A stretch of 64,000 nt of DNA from Octopus sinensis. Its lineage: Eukaryota. Numbering within the stretch: the first letter of the stretch is position 1; each line of letters starts with the position of its first letter. A program made the position numbers and the translations under genes. The notes under the pieces are model-generated. The model had not been told where the DNA came from. It searched no databases and was given only the letters and a program-made list of their open reading frames with translations. Below are positions 12,486-26,919 of the stretch, piece by piece. Where the stretch lies: positions 5,146,001 through 5,210,000 of the forward strand of contig NC_043005.1 in NCBI RefSeq assembly GCF_006345805.1. Reading direction: 5' to 3'.

Positions 12486-14580
12486 GAACATTCTGCGACA
12501 AACATTCAGGTGAAATCTTGTTCTTGTCCCGTCCATGTATTTTCTTTGTAATCACTGACAGTGAATGTGTTTAAGGTGGAGGACATTTGTCATGTCAGTG
12601 TCATTGGTCTGGGGTTGCATGAGAAATCACAGGGTGGGCCATATACCTCTTTCCCTAACTAATTTATGAAACAAATATAATCCAAAAGAATATAATGCAA
12701 GTTTTTTGGTAACCTCCCTAATGCTGGTCGTATGAAAAACGTACCCAGTCCACTCTGTAAAACGGTTGATGCTGGTAAGGGCATCCTGCTGTAGAAGCCA
12801 TGCCAAAACAGACATTGAAGTTTGATGCATCCCTGTGGCTTGTTGGATCCTGTCAAAGTGTCCACCCATGCCAGCATGGACAGTGGATGTTAAATGACAA
12901 TGATGATGGTGATGATGAATCCATCTATGGGAAATTTGCAATTTAGACAGAAATAACTGTCTAGCCACCATTGTCTACCTTTTTAAATATCCAATCAGCC
13001 TTTTTATAATTTTTTTTACTTTTGCTGGCCACCCTTCTAGTCAAGAATAGACAAAGGCTTGGGCCACCAATGGAGCCTGAAAGTGGTCACTCAATTTGCT
13101 AGAAATAGCAATCAAATTTTCCTCAAATCGCATTGTATCATTTGAAAATATGATGGGAAAAAATACAAAGAAAATGTAGGCTGGATACAGTGTTTAAAAA
13201 GAACTGTTGGCATGCTTTTGATCTTTGGTCTGCTCAGTCAGAAGTGTGAGGGGTAAGTGGGGGTGGTGGCTAAGCAGCAACAATGGCAGTAATAACAACA
13301 ATAAGTAGAGAAACAACTGCAACAACAACAACAACAACGTTCACAAAGGCAATAACAATAATAACAGCAACAAGAACAATACTTACAACAGCCAACCAAC
13401 TGTGCAACCGGCCAATTTAACCTGCCACCCCACTAATACCCAATACCCCCTTCCTCTAAGCTCCTCCCCACCACTCTGTCTTTGTTTACTGGACTTAACA
13501 GCAGGACTATAGAATGTTTTGTCAGGCTACACAGGAAAACCTGTTATTTTATTTACTTCACATACCACCACCACCAACTTCACACTACAACCAACTCTAC
13601 AAACACCACTACCACCACCATCACGCCTTACAGAGTTATCCCTTTTACACCATATCATCACCACAAGGTTATCACACATGCTGCTGTTGCTGCTGCTACT
13701 ACTCCACTATTAACCTCTTACCACACCCCATCTATCACTCTCCACTACCCTACTCCCTCATCTACCCACACATCTACCTCACATCAACACTCTTCCCATC
13801 CTTCACTCTCACCCCCACTTCCCTCACTGAGCAATATCACCTCTCTTATTCCATCCTTGTCAGTTCCTCTAAGCTCTTTCTGTTTTTATCACTTTACTTT
13901 TGTTATCAATAAGGATGATTGTGATGATGATGATGGCTGTGATGATGGTGAGGATGATGGTAATGATGGTAATGATTATGATAATGGCGATGATGATGCT
14001 GATGATTACGACAACAATGAAACCAACATGGTTACTGATGATCCAAAATGTATTAAATATTGTGTCATAAATACAGAATGACTTCTACTTTTTGCTTGAT
14101 ATCTATCACCAATGTTTTGTTGACAGTTAACTTCATTAATACCTCTTATCCCGAGTATTTACTCAGCATGGACCTGGTATATGCATATGTTGCTGTTTGT
14201 ACATGCTCATATTCGTAACACAGAAATAGTCAATCTGTAGATGTGTGTGTGTGTGTGTAATGGGTTTACCATCAGTTTTGATGTATAAGGTTTTAGTAAC
14301 CAAATTATAGTTGCTAGATGACCTACAGAGATGATTTATTTTCAGTAGTGAAGGCTTGTTTGTGTAGGATCAACCAAACTTTTTGGAAATGTTGATTGCA
14401 GAAAGTTGGTGCAAATATTTGTTTACAAAGTCAATGAACAACACACCTCAGTCTTTTCTTTTAGAGTTCTTCGTCTTTTGGCTTAGTTGCCTTTGTCACA
14501 GCTTATTGTCCAATCCACCCTGGTTAGGCTAAATGTGCACCTTGGCACGAAACCAGAAATGCATATATATATATATATAT

Positions 14581-14773
14581 CGCCTAGCACCAGTGCAGGT
14601 GGCACATAAAAAGCACCCACTACACTCACGGAGTGGTTGGCGTTAGGAAGGGCATCCAGCTGTAGAAACATTGCCAGATAAGACTGGAGCCTGGTGCAGC
14701 CTTCTGGCTTCCCAGATCCCCGGTTGAACCGTCCAACCCATGCTAGCATGGAGAACGGACGTTAAACGATGAT
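14581..14773 (+). mobile_element. RTE 3'-terminal fragment
   Basis: Same family as 4054-4247; (TA)n on both flanks. Confidence 0.85.
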
Positions 14774-14954
14774 TATATATATATATCATGTAATTTGGAT
14801 GGCCATTAACTTTTCTGAGTTTATTGCCTTTTGATGTGTCTTGTTTTTCACCCTGCATAGTGTCTAATAGCCACCCTGTATACCAAAAGGTCTTGCTGGT
14901 GTTGCCTGTTTAGTTACTGATGGCCCAACTATACAATAGGTTGTACTAGGTTAC

Positions 14955-15285
14955 ACATTGCTAGTAGCATATGGTTCTGGGTCTCAGTCCCACTGTGTGG
15001 CACCTTGGGCAAGTGTCTTCTACAATAGCTTTGGACCAATGAAAGCCTTGTGAATGGATTTGGTAGATGGAAACTGAAAGAAGCCTATCGTTAATATATG
15101 TGTGTGTGTGTGTCTGTGTTTGCACCCCCCTTAACTTAGCAGTTCAGCAAAAGAGATTGATAGAATGAGTACTAGGCTTTATATAAAAAAAAAGTACTGG
15201 GGTCAATTCATTTGACTAAAAATTCTTCAAAGTGGTGCCCCAGCATGGCCGGAGTCTGGTGACTGAAACAAGTTAAAAACAAAAA
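14955..15285 (+). mobile_element. SINE family B
   Basis: GGCACCTTGGGCAAGTGTCTTC body and CAGCATGGCC...GACTGAAACAAG tail. Confidence 0.8.
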
Positions 15286-15814
15286 TATGTGTGTGCGTGT
15301 GTGTGAAAGAGAGAGAGATGATATTTGCGCACATACCTATCTATGTACAAGCATGTGAATGTATTTCTCTGTATTTTTTTTGTTAATATTAATTTTTTTA
15401 AGGGGTAGTTTGTTTGCGCTAAGATGTCAGTTGGAAAGACTTTATATATCTAACTGAATTAATGACAGGCCAGAAGTCGTTAAAGAATTCCATTGCCTTA
15501 AATAGTGCTTGTAGCCAACTGGATGTTTCCATTCTGTTATCACCAATAGCAATTTTGTTTTTGGCTTTTTGTTCCAGTAATTTTTGGTGAAACTTACTGA
15601 CAACTGTTTCATAAAAAGCTAACCTACTTAATTAAGCTAATAACATTGATATCTAGATGAGAAATTATCTCTGCTCTGGAAATAGCTAGCTAACTTGCTT
15701 ACTTGCTGTACAGATAAGCCTCTGCAAGTTTTGAGCTGAAAACACAAGGTGATGTTTATAAATACTATGAGGTAACCAGAAAAGGAAATAAAACTGGCCC
15801 TCTCTTGGTTTTGA

Positions 15815-16200
15815 TGTGTTTCACTTGATTTGATCAATGGAACAGCCTGCTCATGAAATTAACATGCAGGTGGCTCATGATATTAATACACAAGTGGCTG
15901 AGTACTCCACATATGTAGTTCTCAGATTTAGCATTACACAAAATGTGACAAAGCTGGCCCTCTGAAATACTGGCATGACACATTTTTTCCAGCTGACTGG
16001 ACTGGGGCAGTGTGAAATAGTCAATCTGTAGATGTGTGTGTGTAATGGGTTTCCCATCAATTTTGATGTATAAGGGTTTAGAGTAACTAAATTATAGCTG
16101 CTAGTGACTTGCTCAGGAATACAACGTGCTGCCAGGAATAGAACTCATGACATGATTGTGAGCTGAATATGCTTACTATGAAGCCACGTGCCTTTGCACT
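15815..16200 (-). mobile_element. SINE family D
   Basis: Reverse complement of the 5068 family. Confidence 0.6.
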
Positions 16201-17959
16201 AACTAGGCTTGTGTCCTACCAGTTCTGCCAACCCCATATTTAATGGGAGTAATTAAATCCTTCTAATTTAGGTATAGTGCCAGCAACTTTAAAGGGACCA
16301 GGTAAGTTGATTACATCTATTCCCATACTCGGCTGGTATTTTATTTTTATTAATTCTGAAAGAATGAAAGGCAAAGTTGACCTTGGTGGAATTTGAACTT
16401 TGACATAAAGAACTGGAAGAAATGTCACTAACAATTCTCTAGCTCACCACCTTAATAACAGTAGTAATTAATAATAAGTTGTTTGAAATTTGTGATCTTT
16501 TGCCAAGAAATCATGATTAACTGGATAATACAGTCTATTTTATCTCACTAATTTATTATCAAGATATTTTTACAGGAAGAAAATAAGGAAAACAAACATT
16601 AGAATATAAAATATCAAATTATTGAGAAGAAACCGATAACTACCTCACCAAGGAAACAAAAAAAAGAGTGGGGATTTAGCAGTAGAAGATGGGGGTGGAG
16701 GGAGTAATAGGTTATACACCCTACACCAAATGGCGTGTTCAACCATATTTCATGGACATCGTTTGCAAAGTCTCTATTATTTGTATTATTTGTGATCATA
16801 TTTAGATTTTGATTATCATCATCAGATTTATCATAAAATCTAGTTTATCTTTCTCTGGCATGAGGCACACATGTTACTAAATTTCAGAGTTTATCCATGG
16901 AGAGAGAATGTCCATCTGACACCTCTTTTTCATATTTTTATCATTTTCAAGCACTACCCATCCCTTCTCTTCTAAAATGCTAGTAGTCTTGGAAGAAACC
17001 TGTCCTACTCTGTGTCTTTCTCTCGTACTTTACCATTTTTTATTCCTTATTCTCCAAGCATAAAACAACCCCACTCACTGGCCCATATTCGTGCTTTGTT
17101 GTCTTGCAAGCTGCTGGGCAATCTCAATAGTGTTGGTGGCACAAAAAAAAGCACCCAGTACACACTGCAAAAATGGTATGCATTAGGAACGGCATCCAGA
17201 TGTGGAAACAATGTCAGAGCAGACACCAGGGCAAAAGTCAGTCCTTGGATCCATAAAATCCTTGTCAAACCATCCAACCCATGCCAGCATGGAACATGGA
17301 TGTTAAATGATGATGAGAAAGAAAGATTGAAGTATTTGGAGAGAAGGAGAGGGGCTGGCTTTGAAGAATATGGACTGGACAAAGCCAGCTCCAAGTTTCT
17401 TTCTATGTGTGTACCAGTTATATTTTGAGATTGATTCAATCAGTTACAATTACTTAACTACTGCTTTCAAAAGTCTGTGACCTTCTGCTTAAGTCAGTGA
17501 TGTGTATTTGGTGAAGAATTTGTCTTTTAGATTCCATTGTGTCTCATTACTGGTAATGAAGTCCATTAATTTCCTGCAGCTCAGTTTCATGTGGTAAAAA
17601 CAAAGTTCTTTCCATTTTTTTTTGTTTATTTTTGTGTTTTGTTTTATCTTTTTTTCTTGTTAGATTAATTATGAAGCAAACTTTATGAATAGGAGGTGTC
17701 AGCTATGTTAATTAATAAGTTAATATAATTATGAAAAATGTATATAGTCCTTAAGAAAACACATTTGTTGATTTTATATTATCTTATTTTTTGAAATAGT
17801 TTTTGGTCTTCATTTATGTTAAAGCAGTGAGTGGGCGATTAGAATGGCAAGTGTAGAAATGGATTGTGTTTTATATGTGTATTTAGATATGTATTTTTAC
17901 ATGTGTAAATTATATGTGTATTTATATCTTTTTAATCTTTTTTATCCTTTTGGTTTTTA

Positions 17960-18330
17960 GATTTTTATCTTTTTACTTGTTTCAGTCATTAGACTGTGAC
18001 CATGCTGGAGCACCTACCACTTTGAGGAATTTTTAGTCAAATGAACTGATGCCAGTGCTTTTTTTAAACAATGCCTGGTACTTATTCTATCCATCTCTTT
18101 CACAGAACTGCTAAGTTACAGTGACGTAAACACACCAATGTCAGTTGTCAAGCAGTGGTGGGGGATAAACATGCACACACATTTATAAACAAATTGGCTT
18201 CTTTTGGTTTCTGTTTACCAAATCCACTCACAAGGCTTTGATTGTCTTGAGACTATACTTGCCCAAAGTATCATCGAGTGGGACTGAACTGAGAACTATG
18301 TGACTGGGAAGCAAACTTATTATCGCACAA
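17960..18330 (-). mobile_element. SINE family B
   Basis: TTTTACTTGTTTCAGTCA tail and GTGGGACTGAAC head on the + strand. Confidence 0.75.
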
Positions 18331-18559
18331 CCAGATCTCTGCCTATATATATACATCTACTTATACCTGTAGTTATATGTGTTTCTAATTTAGGCACATG
18401 GCCAGCAATTTTAAAGGGCAAGGGTTAGTCAATTACCCCCCCCCCCCTTCCGTGCTTAGACTGGTACTTTATTTTCTTGACCCCATAGGGATGAAAAGTA
18501 AAGTTAATTTTGGTGGGATTTGAATTCAGAATGTAAAGACCCACAACAGATATTGTTAA

Positions 18560-18955
18560 GCAGGTACAGGTGTGGATGTGTTGTAAGAAGTTTGCTTCCC
18601 AACCACATGGTTCTGGGTTCAATCCCACTGCTTGGCACCTCGAGTGGGTGTCTTCTATAGTAGCCTTGGGCTGACAAATGCCTGAGAGGGGATTTGGTAT
18701 ATGGAAGCTGAAAGAAGTCCATCGTGCATATTCATGTATGTGTGTCTGTGTTTGTCCCCCACCACCACTTGACAATTAGTATTGGTGTGTTTATATCCCT
18801 ATAGCCTAGTGGTTCAGCAAAAGAGATCAATAAAATAAGTACAAGGCTTAAAGAAAAATAAAGTACCGAGGTCGATTTGATCAACAAAAATTCTTCAAGG
18901 TGGTGCCCCAGCATGACCGCAGTCCAATGACTGAAACAAGTAAAAGATAAAAGAG
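18560..18955 (+). mobile_element. SINE family B, full length
   Basis: GGGTTCAATCCC B box, body, tail GTAAAAGATAAAAGA. Confidence 0.8.
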
Positions 18956-19662
18956 AAAAGATTAGCATTTTATCAATGCTCTAACGATTCTGTCACTTTA
19001 CAGCCTTAGAAATACGACTTAGTAATAAGAATAAAACAATAATAATGATAATGATAAATAGTAATAAAATATAATCTAAATTTCCATATCCTGTTAAAAA
19101 TCAAAAATGTCTCCACTTTGAACTGTAGCAGTTAACGGGTTAACAGACCAAACTTTGAATTAATCATACAATCCATAAGACCTCTCCTGTTTCTTCAGCA
19201 GTCAACTGATGCCTATTAAAAGACAAAGACTACCGGCATTTCTGGTGGTTGTTTGGTTGTTTGAAATGTTTAAAATGTGTTTATTGGAGTAGGAAGAGTT
19301 AGGTAAAACAGTATTGGAGAAACTGGTTAAGTGCTACATCCGGTTTATCAGCTCTTTTTCCCCCTCAGGGTCAGTAGGTTATCACAGGTTTCCCTATATA
19401 AACAATAGTTGATGCGTTCATAAACAGACAATATGGTACAAGAGACTAACATGAAATAAATAAAAAACATAGAAAAAGAACAAGGAGAAAGTAAATGTGT
19501 GTGTGTGTGTGTTTTAAGATGAAGGTATTAAAGATTTTAAAGTAGTTTGGATTAAAGAGTCTCGTAGTGTAGCTGTGTAAAATATTCAATAGGAAATGAG
19601 AAAGATTTTTTTTTCTGATATATATCTTTTGAAGATGATTATTATTATTATTATCTAAACTG

Positions 19663-19875
19663 TAAGGTGGTGAACTGGTAGAATCATTAGCAAGTCATTA
19701 CAAAATGCTTAGCAGCATTTCTTGGGGTTCTTTTTATTCTGAGTTCAAATATTATCAAGTTCAACTTTGCCTTTCATTCTTTTAGGGTTGATAAACTAAA
19801 GTACCAGTCAATGTGATCAACTAATCCACCCAACTCAAATAAAATTGCTGGCCTTGTGCCAAAATTTGAAGCCAT
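19663..19875 (+). mobile_element. SINE family C
   Basis: GGTGAACTGGTAGAATCATTAG head, GAGTTCAAAT B box, CTTTGCCTTTCAT central domain. Confidence 0.7.
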
Positions 19876-19916
19876 TATTAATTTGTGTCAAGGTAACTAA
19901 TACATATGGTGCCCCA

Positions 19917-20059
19917 CATCATCATCATCATCATCATCGTTTAATGTCCGTTTTCCATGCTAGCATGGGTTGGACGGTTCTACCGGGGTCTGGGAAGCCA
20001 GGAGGCTGCACCAGGCTCCAGTCTGATCTGGCAGTGTTTCTACAGCTGGATGCCCTTCC

Positions 20060-20060
<1 letters not shown>
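19917..20060 (-). mobile_element. RTE 3'-terminal fragment
   Basis: (CAT)n CGTTTAATGTCC...GGATGCCCTTCC, then (TA)n. Confidence 0.85.
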
Positions 20061-20123
<63 letters not shown>

Positions 20124-22121
20124 CAAAATATAAACAATAATAAACCAAAAAAATACTTCTTCATTTTTCAAAATGCAACAAAATAATAGTAAGATGGAAA
20201 ATAAAGTTCAATTTGTATACTTCCACTTCATATTTGAAGTTTTCTACTCTTTTTTTTTATTGCAAAGTCCTTGATCAGATCCTCATATGACAATAGTACA
20301 CTTCAAAATTATATTTCTGATCATATAAACAAGTTCAAATATTATGTTAGCAAGTTTAAAATGATTTCTTGAGTGCCGTATACCATTTACCATTTCTATG
20401 ATACCCTCCTTTCTGTTGATGCCCTAAACACGTGCTTATTTTGCTTAGTGGTTAATCCAGTTGTGGGTTGATGTAATTGACTAATCCCTTCTCTCTAAAG
20501 TAACTGTGACAAAATTTGAAATGATTATTAGTATATAAACCACTGTGTTACCTGTTATATGATGGGTCATTTTGGAAGAATACCATTGCCACCATGAGTA
20601 GTATCAGGAAATGTGGTATATATACAATAATTATAAGTTAACTTTTATTAAATTTCTTATTGATGAAATGAATACAAATTTTCGAAAGAAAAATATTTAT
20701 TACCTTAAAATATAATTAAATAAAACAAATTTCTCATTTGTATATTTGCAATAAATATACAGTTTATTTTTCTGAATTCCATCAACATAATCATAGTCTG
20801 TGCCATTGAAAACCTGTCTCTGCAAAATTTGAACCCCACCCCAAGCTACTATTATTTACTCTTCCTCCTCCTCCTCTCTCTGATGCTTCCATGCGTGTGT
20901 GTGTGTGTGTGTGTCTGTGTGTGTGTGTGTGTGTGTGTAGTGTTCCTTTATTCATTGTCTGCCACAAAGCCTAGTATGAGCACTCATCCTGCACTTCTAA
21001 TGTTAATTGTTTCTGTATTTCTCTTTTCTTCTCCCTCTCTCTATATGATGTAAAGTGTGACTGGAGAAATCCTTCAACCAGCTAACCAACCAACCAACAT
21101 TTATATCAATCTTTATTACAGAGAGAATATATTTATTAAGATTCAGATTTTTAACTTTTCTACTAGATTGCTTGAGCATTGTTAGAGCATTGAACAAAAA
21201 TGCTTAAGTTCAAATCTCCCCCGTATATATCTATGAGTATCTTTGTGTTTTTTCCCCACTACTGTTTGAGGACTGGTGTTTGTGTGCTTACAACCCTGTA
21301 TCTTAGTTTGGCAAATGAGACTGATAATAAAAATATCAAGCTTAAAAAAATACTAAGTACTGGGGTTGATTTGGTTTACTAGAATTCCTCAAGGTCATGC
21401 CCCAGCATGGCCACAGGCTTATGACTAAACTAAGTAAGAAAACAAAGGATACTAACACGTTTAAACAAATTAATTAATAAGTGGCTTTTTTGAGTACTTA
21501 CATATTTATTTTAGTTGGGGTACCCAAGCCTATTTTTATATCTTCCCAGGTTGTTTTGGCTTCATTATTAGTCCCATGCATAAAAAAAATATTGTCACTT
21601 TTTTCTTCACTGTATCACTTGGTACCAGCTCAAAGTAAACATGTACCTCATAGGTACAAATATGTCCATGTTGTTAACTTAGTTTTGTAATCATGTCATT
21701 TCAGGTATATTTCTACTTCTATCCAAGACTTGTTAGTGAAACTAGATAGACCACAGAACCAGTGTTATGTATCAGGCAAATCAGACACAAGCTCAGTGGC
21801 ACTAAAATCTAGGATTGTCACATAGATCTTGAGCTCCTTAAACAAAATTTCTTAACCCACCTTAAAAAAGAGTTTAAAAAAAATTCTAATAGCCATATGT
21901 GTAACATACCTAATGTATATATTGTAAGGCATAACACTCTAGTTTTTGTCTGAGGGAAAATATCTTCATAGACACATGTCAGAGCAGGCCAAACATTGTC
22001 CCAACATTGAGTCAAGATCATCGTACTCTGGTATATATTGTGTCTGTAATACAATGTCTCTATGAAGAGATTTCTCTTAGACAAAACCACAACATCATGC
22101 TCATTGGTGTATATACATCTA

Positions 22122-23382
22122 TTAGGTTGTTCTGAAAATAATGGCCGATTTCAGAAACATAATTTTATTCTGAAAAATTAGCAATAGAAATATTTTGATT
22201 ATTCAAAGTATGGGCTGTGAACCTCTCTGCCATTGACCAACGAGATTATTTATGCCTCGTTGATAAAAAAAATTATTGGCTTTGATGCTAAGAAATCTTT
22301 GAAAGCTGATTCCACCTCTGGTTTAGACCTGAAAGTTTTATCACTTAAAAACATATTCAAATGCTTATAAAAATGGTAGTCAGTGGGTGAAAGATCAGGA
22401 GAATGTGGAGGGTGTAGTAAAATCTTATATCCCAAGCCTGTAAGTTTCTGCAGCAGCATCCTTGCAAAACGTGGCTTTGCATTATTGTGGAGCAGATTGG
22501 GCCACACCAATTCACTAATGCAGGTCTCATTTTTTGCAGGTGAGCATGCATTTCTGCAAGTTGATTGCTGTAATGCTCTGGTTGACTTTCAGAAAACTAA
22601 CGGACAACACCAATTGCAGACCACACGACAGTCACCATAATCTTTTACTGATGCAACTTTGGCTTTGGGAAATGTTTGGGGAACTCATCACGATCAAGCC
22701 ATTGACCTGATCATTTACAGTTATCATAAAGGATCCCCTTTTTGTCACAAGTGACTATTTGGTCAAGAAAAGGATCATTATTGTTTCACAGAAAGAGCAT
22801 CTAGCACACTTCAAAATGCCAAACATTTTGATTTTCATTGAGCTCATGCAGTACCCATTTATCAAGCTTTTTCACCTTACCAATCTTCTGCAGATTGCAT
22901 GAGACCACTGCAATACCGACACCAAGTGCCTGAAACATTTCTCTGACACTTTGACGTGGGTTTTGTTCAACAATTGCTTTCAATTGTTTATTGTCAAGAC
23001 TGCATGACCGTCCTCTACCTTCCTTGTCTTCACTATGGCTCTCATCACCACTATGGAATTTCTGAAACCATCTTCATACTGTGTGATCACTTGTGGAACC
23101 TCTCCCTATGCTCTGTCAATATTGACAACAGTTTGAGAGGCATTGTGCCCAAGCTTGAACTCTTGCAAGGAAAGTAAGCAAAGGTTCTTTTTTGTCATGT
23201 TCATAATTAAGGGCACCTATGCTTCAAGAATGTTTTGTCTGAAATAAGCAGAAAATTATCAAAGAGCATATATCTATTATTAAGTATGTCGAAATTCATC
23301 TAAAATATAATTAAAATACTATGATAAAAATGCGTTTCAAGACACAACACTTAGAGTGGCCATTATTTTCGAAACAACCTGA
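22122..23382 (-). mobile_element. full-length degenerate mariner transposon (1261 bp)
   Basis: TA|TTAGGTTGTTCTGAAAATAATGGCC and GGCCATTATTTTCGAAACAACCTGA|TA TIRs. Minus-strand remnants KWVLHEL, LHNNA and HSPDLSPTDY; multiple stops and frameshifts. Confidence 0.92.
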
Positions 23383-26300
23383 TATTATGATACACATATG
23401 GCTATTGTTGCTTAATACTGCTTCAATTGCATTTACTGAGTTTTATTCTGACCAGCAAGTTTTTCCACAATATCACTGAATGTATTGTTTGTTGTTTTCT
23501 ACTCATCTGAGTTGACAGATTTCATCCAGACATGTGAAAAGTGGATTCAAATCATTGACAAGGCCCAAAAGAGCTGAAATATCTTTGATATTTTCATGAG
23601 TCACTTCTGGAATGTCGATCATCTCACTCTGATATATATTGTGTTTTTTCTGACATAACATATCTATGAAGAGATTTCCTCCCATCCAAATGGTGTATAT
23701 AATTAAGTATAGTATTTGGATGACTATTTTAATTCAGTTCTGTTTTGGTTGTGTTCACTGTGAAAATTCTGAATTGGATTTTCAGACCTCTCCATGTGTC
23801 TACGGACCCATCCATAGATCTGAACACCTCTCTCTCTGAGGATCCAAATTCTGTATTGAGCATCAGCGAAACACTTTGCAGTTTGACAGTGCTGCTGCTG
23901 TTTACCACAATAATCGTTTCCATTCCATGTGATGTGTTGTTGTTCCGAATTCCCTTCTCATAGAAATAAGATGAAATGTCACATCTGGAATACCTTTGAT
24001 CATAGGTCTCCTTGGTAAAAGTTGACACGGGGTTAAACAACAACAATAACATTATCAACAATGTCAACAGTAGCAACATTGATAACAACAGCAGGATTAA
24101 CATCAACACCAGCAATAACATCAACAACAACAGTAATAACATCACCCATAACGACAGCGACAACAACAAAAACAAAACCAGCATCATCGTCATCGTCATC
24201 ATCATCATCAACAACAAGAGACACAGTAAAGTTTTTGTCTTTGTCATGATGTGAAAGCCAAGAGTTGTAATGTATGACAGCTGCTGTTTAGAAATGTTAA
24301 TGTCCTGTCAAATATTGCACCTTCCATAGTGTGTGTGTGTGTGTGAGCATGTGTGTGTGTGAGCGTGTGTGTGTGTGTGCGTGTGTGTGTGTGAGAGCGT
24401 GTGTGTAGGGAACTATGTGCATGACACTGTATGTTCCTCTGTGTATTATACATGTGTGTGTGTGTCAGTGTTTGTATGTCTGTTCTTGTGTGTATATGCT
24501 TGTGCGTATTTGTCTGTATTTGAGTGAGCATTTATGCGTGTGTGTGTGTTTCTGAGTGTCAATGGTTGTATGTATATTTCTGCTTGTATTATGTGTGTGT
24601 ATGTGTCACAGTCACACGTAAGGACAAACACACTCTCACAAATATGTTTACACTTACTTCAAAATTACACATTCACTGTTATTCATGCAAACGCATAAAC
24701 ACACTTACAGACACATTCACACAGACACAGGTCCACACGTCTTATGTAAGCACACGCATGCACACACGCACACACAAACATGAGTTTGCACACACGCACA
24801 GGTTCACAGACTCCTTACATACTCATTCGTTACAACATTCACATAGGCACAGACAAATTGGCTCATGCATAAAAGCATACACAGACAGCAGAATTGGCAA
24901 AACTCTCTGTTCTCTGCAACCTGAGTTCAAACCCAGTTGGAGTCAACTTACCTGTCATCCTTTCAAGATCAATAAAAAAGAACACCAATCCAAGGCAGTA
25001 GATTAGTAGAACTGTAACAATGTGGGACCAAATACCTTGTGGTGTTTGTTGCAGCTCCTTAAATGGCATGGCTAGAATGAGTGCCATCAGGGCACCTATA
25101 AAGTTTTCCACCACTCACCAGGAATCCTCACCAAGCCTAAACAAGTTTATACAGTATCACCTGTGATGGACTGCTCTTTATGTTCTATGGTTCAAATCCC
25201 ACCATAGACTAGACGGGTGTAGGCTTAACTCATCACCTATTTTAACACCACCACCTGACACTTTCGGTACCCTGGTACCTTTAGCAGAGTGTATCCTGTT
25301 GCAAAATTTTGGACCAAGTCTCCAATCTGAGGGTATTGTTCTTCATCCCTTTTTCCCTGCCTCCCACCAGTCTTGGAGGCCCTGGCCCTGTAATTGTTCA
25401 TGGGGCTCCAACTTCTTTCCTTACCAACACATAAAAGCTAATAACAGCAAAACATACACATAAACACCCACTCCCCCCCACTCTCTCTCTCTCTCTTACA
25501 GAAGATTTAACATAAACAAGCATAAAATTGGCATACAACAACAATGCATACACTTTTATACTATACACATACATACAGACACACAAACACAAGTATTCAC
25601 ACAAGTGCATGTACACACACATGCACAAACACACACACAAAGACATTAACACATGCTCTTACACAATACAGACACACACTTCAAAAAACATTTACACATA
25701 TACTCACATATGCACACACACACACACACATGCACACACCCACATATGCACACAGACACAGAGAAAACTCCCTATATCACACATACACAACTACTCATAC
25801 ATACATACAACTACACATACACATTCACACATATATACACCAGAATACATACAAACGCAGATGTGAACCAAATCCCATAACCTGCTCTGTTCTCAATAAA
25901 ATCCAAGTCCATCTTTCTTAAAGTTGTTGTTATTGTCTCTGCTATCAACACTTAAACTGGAAATGGTTTTTCAGCAATTACATTATATCGACTGTCAAAT
26001 TATTCTAACATTCTTCATTCCTCCTTCAGTTGGCTTTCCATATTTTTATTCTTTTACAGCTGCTTTACCTCTTTCGTTCTTCCTTCATTACTTCTTTCTT
26101 TCGTTCTTTCTTTCTTTTCTTCCATTTGCTATTTCTTTTCTTTTTTTCTTATTTCAAATTCTTCTTTTACAGAAGAATGCTCTATGATATTGTGAGTGTA
26201 TTTATTAATGGCTGCATATGTGCACTTATGTGTATAGGTGTGCATTTAGATACAAACACATGCACATGCTCTAATATATACATGCACAACTTATGCTAAC

Positions 26301-26919
26301 ATCACATATATATATATGTATATATAGAAAGATAGATAGATTGATAGGTATTTGTCCACTTTATATAACAAATAACTCAGAAACAGTGCTACAGATGTGC
26401 CAGCACACACAAGCCTGAGACATGGCCGCCCTCATGCACTTCTCAGGAGGAATTCTGGAAGGAGCTTCATGAGACCAGTGCAGGGACACTTCCAGGGAAA
26501 GAAAAAAAAAGGGGGAAAAAAGGAAGAAGGAAGAAAGGGAAAAAAAGAAAAAAGCTGTTGGAAAAGTGATTGTAGCAGTGACTTGATCAATTCCTAGGGA
26601 TATCTGAAGAATGAAATTTTTATATTCCAAAATATTACATCAGACTATGGATGATTAAATTACACCAGTAATTATAGTCCATTGTTGTTATTATAGTGCA
26701 TTGCTGTGCCATTCAAAACACATTATTACTATTTATTATTATTGGTTATATTGATGTTTGCTTTTATGTTTAGTTATAATAAAAACAATTTTACATTAAT
26801 CTGAGAGGTTACTCTATTCTTTTGTAGAGTACCAAATTATTTCTTCTAAAACAAGAATATTGTTGACAGTGATTTTGAGGTTTTGGTCAGTTAAGCTATC
26901 ATCAAACTGCTTATGTGTG

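Noticed and set aside
12555-12660. Plus-strand peptide NVFKVEDICHVSVIGLGLHEKSQG after a CAG as an exon (similar patch at 17320-17430)
   Set aside because: Weak splice signals and no recognisable homology.
13482-14081. 199-aa ORF with an acidic tail
   Set aside because: Built from (CAC), (CTG) and (GAT) repeats and pyrimidine-rich sequence.
23729-24254. 172-aa minus-strand ORF with a hydrophobic N-terminus
   Set aside because: The N-terminal half is a (CAA/CAT)n microsatellite; the rest has no recognisable motif or splice support.
25178-25210. TCTATGGT-TCAAATCCC-ACCATAGA hairpin with a B-box-like loop as a tRNA
   Set aside because: No D arm, anticodon arm or acceptor stem can be drawn.
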